Below, piece after piece: positions 26,684 through 33,830 of a DNA stretch of 64,000 bases; within the stretch, counting starts at the first letter, position 1, and each line of letters starts with the position of its first letter. The position numbers and the translations under genes were made by a program. The notes under the pieces were generated by a model. That model did not search any database, had not been told where the DNA came from, and saw nothing but the letters and a program-made list of their open reading frames with translations. The DNA is from Planctomycetaceae bacterium (GTDB taxonomy: Bacteria; Planctomycetota; Planctomycetia; Planctomycetales; Planctomycetaceae), in contig JBGATC010000018.1 in the NCBI GenBank assembly GCA_044229335.1, positions 530-64,529 of the forward strand, in the 5' to 3' direction.

Positions 26684-29600
26684 GTGCGGTATGCTGCGGG
26701 CTGTCGAGAGTGGCCACAGCAGCAGGATTCGCCGGTGGAACGGATTGCGATTGTCGGTCGAGGCGGGGTTTTTCCGGGTGCGCGCGATCTCGCGAGCTTC
26801 TGGAGTCACGTTGCCAATGGGATTGATGCCGGCCGTCACGCCTCGTCGGCCCGCTGGTTTCTTGCGCCGGAACGGGCCCTCGCGAGCGGTGGGCCACAGC
26901 CCGATCGAGTCTATTCGACATGGTGCTGTCCGCTGGATGATGCTGCGCTCGAATTCGACCCCGCGGTCTTGCCCCGACCGATCGACCCGGCTGTCCTTGA
27001 GCAATGTGATCCGTTAATTCGCATCGGCATGAAAGCAGCCCATGCAGCGTGGACTTCGGCCCGGCAGCCACTCGTCGATCCGTCGCGGGCAGGCGTGATT
27101 CTGGGGCATATCGTCCTTCCGACGGAAGCGACCTCCGCGCTCGCGCGGGATATCCTGGTGCGGGACTTTGCGCAACGGCTGCTCGGCGATCGGGCGCCGA
27201 CGTGGCAACCGTCGCGTTGGTCGACACGCAACTGGTCTGCGGCCGGGTTGCCCGCTGCGGCCATCGCCAGTGCTCTGGGCTGGCAGGGGGTGGCGTACAC
27301 ACTCGACGCGGCGTGTGCATCGTCGCTGTATGCCCTCAAACTCGCGTGTGATGAGCTGCGTGCTGGTCGCGCGGATGTGATGCTCGCCGGGGGACTTTCG
27401 CGTCCCGATTGTCAATACACACAGATGGGCTTTGCGCAGTTGCAGGCGCTGACCAAAAGCGGGCGGTGTGCCCCGCTCTCGGCTGCTGCCGATGGGCTGG
27501 TCGTTGGTGAAGGGGCGGGACTGTTCCTGCTGAAACGTCTCAGCGATGCGCAACGCGATGGCGACCACATCTACGCGACGATCGCCGGGATCGGGTTGTC
27601 GAACGACCGCGGGGCCAATCTGCTGGCTCCGCACACCGAAGGCCAGTTGCGGGCGATGCAGGCGGCGTATGCACAAGCCGGATGGAAACCGGGCGACGTT
27701 GATCTCATCGAATGCCACGCGACCGGCACACCTGTGGGCGATGCGGTCGAACTCGACAGTCTGCACGCCCTTTGGAAGGAAGAACAGGGCCGTCCACAGC
27801 GCTGCGTGCTTGGTTCGGTGAAGTCGAACGTCGGCCATCTGCTCACCGGGGCTGGCGGAGCGAGCCTGATGAAGATGCTCGCCGCGTTCGAACATCAGAC
27901 GCTGCCACCGACCGCGAATTTTGTCGACCCGGCTCCCAACCTCACCCGTGCCGACAGTCCGTTCCAGGTTCTCGCCAGCGCGAAACCGTGGAAGCGGCGC
28001 GACGGACAAACACCCCGCCGGGCGGCGATCAATGCGTTCGGCTTCGGCGGCATCAATGCACATGTGCTGCTGGAAGAGGTTGATGGCATAGGGCAAATGG
28101 CTCAGGGGCAGAAAGATGGACACGCATCAGTCTTCTCTGTCCCTCAGCCCTTAGCCACCAGCCATCAGCCCGCTTCCCCCATCGCGATTGTGGGGATGGC
28201 AGCGCGGTGTGGTGCTCTCACGTCGCTCAGCGAGATTGCCGGACGCTGCTTCGGTCAGTCGGTCGCCGAGCGATTGGCGATCGAAGAGGTCCGCGCGCCG
28301 ATTGGAGCGTTCCGCATTCCGCCGCTGGAGTGGGACGAGATGCTGCCGCAGCAGCAGGTGATGCTGCAGGTCGCCGCCGCGGCGCTCGATGACGCCGGTT
28401 GCGAACGGTCGCTCGGCAATCGCACGGGGCTGTGCGTGGGGATCAATCTCGATCCGAACACGACGAACTTTCACGGCCGCTGGTCTCTGGAAGAGTATGC
28501 ACCCCAGTGGGCGGAACGACTGGGGCAATCAGCCGATGCCTCATCGCTCGCCGCTTGGGTGAAAGATCTGCGCGAAGCCTTCGGACCGCCGTTGACCGCC
28601 AATCGCGTGATGGGCAACCTCGGCGGGATCGTCGCCAGTCGACTTGCACGTGAATTTGAAGTTGGCGGTCCGAGCTTCACCATCAGCAGCGACGAAACCG
28701 CTGGCCTGCAGGCGTTGCAGGTGGCGGTCCGGGCGCTGCAACAGGAAGAACTTGATCGCGCACTCGTCGGGGCGATCGACCTGCAGCATGACGTGCGGTT
28801 GTGCCCAGAGACCACACACAATGGTCGAGGACCCGAACCACTGGGCGATGCCGCGGTCGCCTTCGTGCTAAAACGGCTGGTCGATGCCGAACGGGACGGC
28901 GATCGAGTCTATGCCGTCGTGACCGAGATGCGGGCGACGACGACACCGGTTGATCCCTTCGGCACAAACGTGGTGGCGACTTCGAATCACGTCACTGCCG
29001 ACTTCGGCCACTGCGGCGCAGCGACCGGGTTACTCGCGGCGTTGAAATCGACGCTGGCGTTGGCTTGGGGTGTTCAACCTCCAGCGACCTCGGGCGATCT
29101 GCACGGTTCGCAACCCTGGTTGCAGGACCGGACCGCGGGGCCAAGGACACAACAGACCATTGTGACCGGCCGGGATGGAACAAAAGTCGAAGTCATGCTC
29201 GCGGCTCCGACATCTCCACAACAGACCACCGCAGCGCCACTGGTAGCACTCGCGACGGGACTGTTCGTCTTCGATGGGTCATCGGACACCGAACTGCGCG
29301 AAGCGATCGCGGCGTGCCGCGAGTTGGTTGCCACATCGGCAAACCTGGGTGAGGCGGCCCGTCGCTGGTATCACCAGCGACGACCCGATCCCCAGCGACC
29401 ACGGGCGGTCAGCATCGTCGCGCAGACACCCGCTGAATGGGACGCTCAGGCGAATCGACTCCTCGCACAACCCATGCTGAGCATCACTCCTCTCAGCCAA
29501 CCAACCAACAACAACCCACAACCCACGCCCCCCCTCGCCTTCGTCTTTCCCGGTTCGGGGAACCATTTCCTGGGGATGGGGAAAGAACTCCTCGCAGCGT

Positions 29601-32600
29601 TCCCGCAGATTCTGCAGCGACAACAGCGCGAGAATGACCGGCTTGCCAGTCAGTTCCAACCCGATCTCATCTGGAACGGTCCCTCGACCGAAGCGATCGG
29701 ACGCGATCACAAGCGGATGATCTTCGGACAGGTCGCGCTGGGCACCGCCCTGTGCGACTGGCTCACGCTGTTCGGTGTGCGACCCATGGCTGCCATTGGG
29801 TACAGCCTGGGAGAATCGGCGGCGTTGTTCGGTCTGCGGGCCTGGGTCGATCGCGACGAGATGCTCCGACGGATGGAAGCGTCACCGTTGTTCGGCAGTG
29901 ACCTCGTGCGTCCCTACGATGCTGCCCGCAAGGCGTGGCAGATTCCACGCGACCAGGACGTCCCGTGGCTCTCCGGCGTGGTCGATCGCTCAGCGGCTGA
30001 TGTCCGTGCGGCTCTCGCACGCAAGACCCGCGTCTTTCTCCTGATCATCAACACGCCCACGCAATGCGTCATCGGTGGCGATCGACTCCAGGTGGAAGCT
30101 GTTGTCCGTGACCTGCAGGCGAACTTTGTCCCCTTCCCGGCACCGAGTACGGTCCATTGCGAACTGCTGCAGCCGGTCGCGAAAGCGTATGTCGAACTCC
30201 ACCTGATGAAGACCACGCCTCCACCCGGCGTGACGTTCTACAGCGGGGCGACCGGACAGTCCTACGGACTCAGCGAACAGTCCGCTGCAGGGGCGATCCT
30301 GGCGCAAGCGCGGGATACGGTCGATTTCCCCCGGGTGATCGAACAAGTCTATGCCGATGGGGTGCGGCTCTTCGTCGAGATCGGCCCCGGAGCATCCTGC
30401 ACACGGATGATTGACGAAATTCTGGGAGACCGCCCCCACGCCGCACTCGCGCTGTGTCCCGCCACTGCGGATCCCGTCGGACAGGCACTGCGTGTGCTCG
30501 GAACATTGATTGAGCACCGCGTCCCCGTTGATCTGACAGCCTTGTATGGTGCAAGCCAACCAGCGGCACCCGCGTCGTCGCCGCGTGAACTCGTCACGCC
30601 GATCAACCCGCAACCGTGGCAGACGCGGGACTTCACAGCGTTGCGCACGATTCGCCAGCAATCGCCAGTCGTGTCGCCTCCCTCCACGGTACCGCCGGTA
30701 CCCGCTCGGCCCGTGACACCGGTCCCACCACCGCGACCAGTCGTCATTACGCCTGCTGCTGCTGCGCCCCCCGCTCCCCAACCCCTGCGTTTCTCCGAAA
30801 GTCGTGCTGTGTCGCGCCCGCCTGTCACTGCCACCCTTCCGAATTCCGCGCCGGCCCCCTCAACGACCGTGCCGACCACGACCGTTGTGGCAGGCCCAGC
30901 CGTGGTGCAACGGTCGGCGTCCGCTCTGGATGGAATGGTTCCTGGTTTCGAAGCGTGGTTGACGGAGCGCGTGGCGGCGCATGAGGCGTTTTTGCGATTC
31001 GCACAGCAGGCGCAGACGCTGGCGGCGGAGTTCGCGACGGGGGCGGGCTTCGAGTTGATCGCGAAGACGCAAGCGAGCGCTGGGGACGCCGTGTGGCTTG
31101 CGCCAGTGACTACCCTCTCCCCCTCTCCCCATCGCCCCCTCGCCCCTTCGTCTTCCACCCCCGTACTCCTCTCCCCCCGCACTCCCGCACCGCTGCCGAT
31201 CGAACCGCCGCGGGCCCTCGACTACGCCCAGTGCCTCGAATTCGCCATTGGCAAGATCGGCAATGTTCTCGGTCCGAAGTTCGCTCCGATTGACGCCTTC
31301 CCGACGCGCGTCCGCCTCCCCGATGTCCCGTTGATGCTTGTTGACCGCATCACGGCGATCGAAGGAGAGCCGCTGTCGATGACGCACGGCCGCGTCGTCA
31401 CTGAACATGACATTCACGCTGACGACTGGTACCTCGACTGCGGCCGCATTCCGACGTGCCTCGCCGTCGAATCGGGTCAAGCCGACCTGTTCCTTTCGGG
31501 CTGGCTGGGGATCGACTTCGAGACTCGTGGGCTGGCGATGTACCGCCTGCTTGATGCGGTCGTCACGTTTCATGATGCGCTCCCCGGGCCGGGGAAGACG
31601 ATCCGTTACGACATCCGCATCAACCGCTTCTTTCAGCAGGGATCGACGTACCTCTTCCGCTTCGAGTTCGACGCCACAGTCGATGGGCAGCCGCTGCTCA
31701 CAATGCGCGATGGTTGCGCCGGCTTCTTTACCATGGCCGAACTCGCAGCCGGGCAGGGGATCATTCACACCGCGCTCGACAAGCAACCGCGCCCCGGCAA
31801 ACGTCCGTCCGAGTGGATCGATCTCGTCCCCATGGCGGTCGAATCCTACACCGACGACCAACTCGCGGCCCTCCGCGCCGGCGATCTTACAACTTGTTTC
31901 GGCGCTCCCTTCGCTCGCTTGCGTCTCCACGCTCCTGTAACCCTTCCGTCTGGCCGGTTAAACCTCGTCCACCGTGTCCTCGAACTCAACCCGACCGGCG
32001 GGAAGTATGGCCTCGGGACGATCAAAGCCGAAGCCGACATTCATCCCGATGACTGGTTCCTCACCTGCCACTTCTGTGACGACCAGGTGATGCCCGGCAC
32101 TCTGATGTACGAGTGCTGTCTCCACACGCTCCGCATCTACCTGCTCCGCATGGGCTGGATCGGCGAAGCGGGCGAAGTCGCCTACGAACCAGTCCCCGGC
32201 GTCAAAAGCCGCCTCAAATGTCGCGGCCAGGTCCTGTCGAGCACGAAGCAGGTCTGGTACGAGGTGACGCTGAAGGAAATCGGGGAAGAGGGCTTAGCCG
32301 CCAACGATGCTCGCCCCTCGCTCTACTGTCTCGCGGACGCCCTGATGTACGCCGACGGCAAGCCAATCGTCGAGATCACCGATATGTCGGTGCGGCTGTC
32401 GGGACTGTCGCGTGCGCGGGTGGAGTCACTGTGGAGTGAGGCGAAAGGTACGGGAGTCCGGGAGTCCGGGAGTCCGGGGGTGGAAGACAATTCCACCGTT
32501 CGTCCCGTGTTACAAGAGCCGGCTGCACTCCCCCACTCCCCCTCTCCCGCACTCCCCCTCGCCCGCACCCCAATCTTCAACACCGATCGCATCACCGCGT

Positions 32601-33688
32601 TCGCCATCGGCAAACCGTCGGAGGCATTCGGCGATCGTTACCGGGTCTTCGACAGCGAGCGCGTCATTGCCCGGCTGCCGGGACCGCCGTTTCAATTTCT
32701 CGATCGCATCGTCTCCATCAAGGATTGCGAAGCGTGGAAGCTCGCCGCCGGGGGGGAAATCGTCGCCGAGTACGACGTCCCGCCCGATGCGTGGTACTTC
32801 GCCGCCAACCGCCAGCCGACGATGCCGTTCGCTGTGCTGCTGGAAACAGCTCTGCAGCCGTGCGGCTGGCTCGCGGGGTATCTCGGCTCGGCTTTGACGA
32901 GCGATGTCGACCTATCGTTTCGCAACCTCGGCGGGAAGGCGACGCAGTTCGAGGAAGTCACTCCGCAATCGGGAACGCTCACCACGACGGTGAAGATCAC
33001 CCGTGTCTCACAGTCGGCCGGGATGATTATCCAACACTATGACTACGACCTGCGGTGCGATGGTCGGCCGGTCTATGTCGGGAACACCTACTTCGGCTTC
33101 TTCACGAAGCAGGCCCTCGCCAACCAGGTCGGCATTCGCGATGCCGCGGTTTATCAGCCGACCGACGCCGAACGAGCCCGCGCGACATCGTTCCCCATTC
33201 CAACGGAACCGCCCTTCCCCGACGAGCGTTTCCGCATGGTCCATCGGATCGACTGGCTGATCCCCAATGGTGGTCCGCACGGTCTCGGCTGTCTCCGCGG
33301 CAGCGTTGACGTCGACCCGTCTTTCTGGTTCTTCCAGGCCCATTTCTATCAAGACCCCGTCTGGCCCGGCTCGCTGGGGCTGGAGTCGTTCCTGCAGGTG
33401 CTGAAGGCGTATGGGGTTGGTCGATGGTCGGAGAAAGGCGAGAACGGTGCCATGACTCCGTCCCTGAGCCATTTGCCATCCGCCATCAGCCGCTTCCCCG
33501 CCGTCCTCGGCGCTCCCCATGAATGGGTCTATCGCGGCCAGGTCCTGCCGACTGACCGCCACGTGACAGTCGACGTCGTCGTGACCGCCGTCGACGACGC
33601 GACCCGCACCGTCACCGCCGACGGCTTCCTGACCGTCGACGGCCGCGTAATCTACCAGATGAAGAGCTTCCAACTGAGCTTCGCGTAA
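26684..33688 (+). CDS. PfaC-type PUFA/secondary-lipid synthase subunit: KS - CLF - AT - four hotdog (DH/FabA-like) folds
   Basis: KS: DAACASSLYALKLACDEL, ECHATGTPVGD, SVKSNVGHLLTGAG. CLF: GPSFTISSDETAG, with no active-site Cys. AT: FVFPGSGNHFLGMG and GYSLGESAAL. Hotdog folds: HADDWYLDCGRIP; HPDDWFLTCHFCDDQVMPGTLMYE; PPDAWYFAANRQP; DPSFWFFQAHFYQDPVWPGSLGLE. I recognised no ACP, KR or ER motif. The track start at 26684 is a GTG. Confidence 0.9.
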   Translation: MRYAAGCREWPQQQDSPVERIAIVGRGGVFPGARDLASFWSHVANGIDAGRHASSARWFLAPERALASGGPQPDRVYSTWCCPLDDAALEFDPAVLPRPIDPAVLEQCDPLIRIGMKAAHAAWTSARQPLVDPSRAGVILGHIVLPTEATSALARDILVRDFAQRLLGDRAPTWQPSRWSTRNWSAAGLPAAAIASALGWQGVAYTLDAACASSLYALKLACDELRAGRADVMLAGGLSRPDCQYTQMGFAQLQALTKSGRCAPLSAAADGLVVGEGAGLFLLKRLSDAQRDGDHIYATIAGIGLSNDRGANLLAPHTEGQLRAMQAAYAQAGWKPGDVDLIECHATGTPVGDAVELDSLHALWKEEQGRPQRCVLGSVKSNVGHLLTGAGGASLMKMLAAFEHQTLPPTANFVDPAPNLTRADSPFQVLASAKPWKRRDGQTPRRAAINAFGFGGINAHVLLEEVDGIGQMAQGQKDGHASVFSVPQPLATSHQPASPIAIVGMAARCGALTSLSEIAGRCFGQSVAERLAIEEVRAPIGAFRIPPLEWDEMLPQQQVMLQVAAAALDDAGCERSLGNRTGLCVGINLDPNTTNFHGRWSLEEYAPQWAERLGQSADASSLAAWVKDLREAFGPPLTANRVMGNLGGIVASRLAREFEVGGPSFTISSDETAGLQALQVAVRALQQEELDRALVGAIDLQHDVRLCPETTHNGRGPEPLGDAAVAFVLKRLVDAERDGDRVYAVVTEMRATTTPVDPFGTNVVATSNHVTADFGHCGAATGLLAALKSTLALAWGVQPPATSGDLHGSQPWLQDRTAGPRTQQTIVTGRDGTKVEVMLAAPTSPQQTTAAPLVALATGLFVFDGSSDTELREAIAACRELVATSANLGEAARRWYHQRRPDPQRPRAVSIVAQTPAEWDAQANRLLAQPMLSITPLSQPTNNNPQPTPPLAFVFPGSGNHFLGMGKELLAAFPQILQRQQRENDRLASQFQPDLIWNGPSTEAIGRDHKRMIFGQVALGTALCDWLTLFGVRPMAAIGYSLGESAALFGLRAWVDRDEMLRRMEASPLFGSDLVRPYDAARKAWQIPRDQDVPWLSGVVDRSAADVRAALARKTRVFLLIINTPTQCVIGGDRLQVEAVVRDLQANFVPFPAPSTVHCELLQPVAKAYVELHLMKTTPPPGVTFYSGATGQSYGLSEQSAAGAILAQARDTVDFPRVIEQVYADGVRLFVEIGPGASCTRMIDEILGDRPHAALALCPATADPVGQALRVLGTLIEHRVPVDLTALYGASQPAAPASSPRELVTPINPQPWQTRDFTALRTIRQQSPVVSPPSTVPPVPARPVTPVPPPRPVVITPAAAAPPAPQPLRFSESRAVSRPPVTATLPNSAPAPSTTVPTTTVVAGPAVVQRSASALDGMVPGFEAWLTERVAAHEAFLRFAQQAQTLAAEFATGAGFELIAKTQASAGDAVWLAPVTTLSPSPHRPLAPSSSTPVLLSPRTPAPLPIEPPRALDYAQCLEFAIGKIGNVLGPKFAPIDAFPTRVRLPDVPLMLVDRITAIEGEPLSMTHGRVVTEHDIHADDWYLDCGRIPTCLAVESGQADLFLSGWLGIDFETRGLAMYRLLDAVVTFHDALPGPGKTIRYDIRINRFFQQGSTYLFRFEFDATVDGQPLLTMRDGCAGFFTMAELAAGQGIIHTALDKQPRPGKRPSEWIDLVPMAVESYTDDQLAALRAGDLTTCFGAPFARLRLHAPVTLPSGRLNLVHRVLELNPTGGKYGLGTIKAEADIHPDDWFLTCHFCDDQVMPGTLMYECCLHTLRIYLLRMGWIGEAGEVAYEPVPGVKSRLKCRGQVLSSTKQVWYEVTLKEIGEEGLAANDARPSLYCLADALMYADGKPIVEITDMSVRLSGLSRARVESLWSEAKGTGVRESGSPGVEDNSTVRPVLQEPAALPHSPSPALPLARTPIFNTDRITAFAIGKPSEAFGDRYRVFDSERVIARLPGPPFQFLDRIVSIKDCEAWKLAAGGEIVAEYDVPPDAWYFAANRQPTMPFAVLLETALQPCGWLAGYLGSALTSDVDLSFRNLGGKATQFEEVTPQSGTLTTTVKITRVSQSAGMIIQHYDYDLRCDGRPVYVGNTYFGFFTKQALANQVGIRDAAVYQPTDAERARATSFPIPTEPPFPDERFRMVHRIDWLIPNGGPHGLGCLRGSVDVDPSFWFFQAHFYQDPVWPGSLGLESFLQVLKAYGVGRWSEKGENGAMTPSLSHLPSAISRFPAVLGAPHEWVYRGQVLPTDRHVTVDVVVTAVDDATRTVTADGFLTVDGRVIYQMKSFQLSFA
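31061..31192. repeat. Motif copy plus a C-run tract inside the Pfa ORF (AT-DH linker)
   Basis: gcgaagacgcaagcg at 31061-31075, then a C-rich tract at 31111-31192. The tract contains cccgcactccc (31176-31186), which is shared with 32546-32556 and 36658-36668. Confidence 0.7.
32447..32571. repeat. G-run/C-run imperfect inverted repeat, in frame inside the Pfa ORF
   Basis: The G arm is ggtacgggagtccgggagtccgggagtccgggggtgg, with 3 tandem 8-mers. The loop is 43 nt. The C arm is actcccccactccccctctcccgcactccccctcgcccgcacccc. Confidence 0.75.
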
Positions 33689-33801
33689 TCATCCGAGCCG
33701 CGACCGTGAGGGAGCGCGTTCCGAAGACCAGCATTGAACTCGTTCCCACGCAGTGCATGGGAACCAGGAAACTCGCTGCCTGACGGTCGCGGCTCTGATG
33801 A
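33689..33801. terminator. Nested inverted repeats between convergent stops (Pfa synthase and the dehydrogenase/HEAT gene)
   Basis: Outer arms tcatccgagccgcgaccgtgagg (33689-33711) and cctgacggtcgcggctctgatga (33779-33801) match at 21 of 23. The inner hairpin is gttccca-cgcagtgca-tgggaac (33742-33764). Confidence 0.5.
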
Positions 33802-33830
33802 CGGCGTTCAACCGGAGCTGGCGCTCCGGG

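Noticed and set aside
30570-31200. A hidden ACP domain in the long Pro/Ala linker of the Pfa synthase.
   Set aside because: There is no GxDS(L/I) phosphopantetheine attachment motif and no helical-bundle-like sequence. The region is Pro/Ala/Ser/Thr low-complexity.
32452-32475. Tandem 8-mers (gggagtcc x3), and the similar heptamer/octamer runs at 4346-4379 and 36582-36614, considered as a possible CRISPR array or VNTR.
   Set aside because: The units are 7-8 nt with no spacers, there are only 3-4 copies, and they lie inside ORFs or short spacers. There are no cas genes. This is not a CRISPR architecture.
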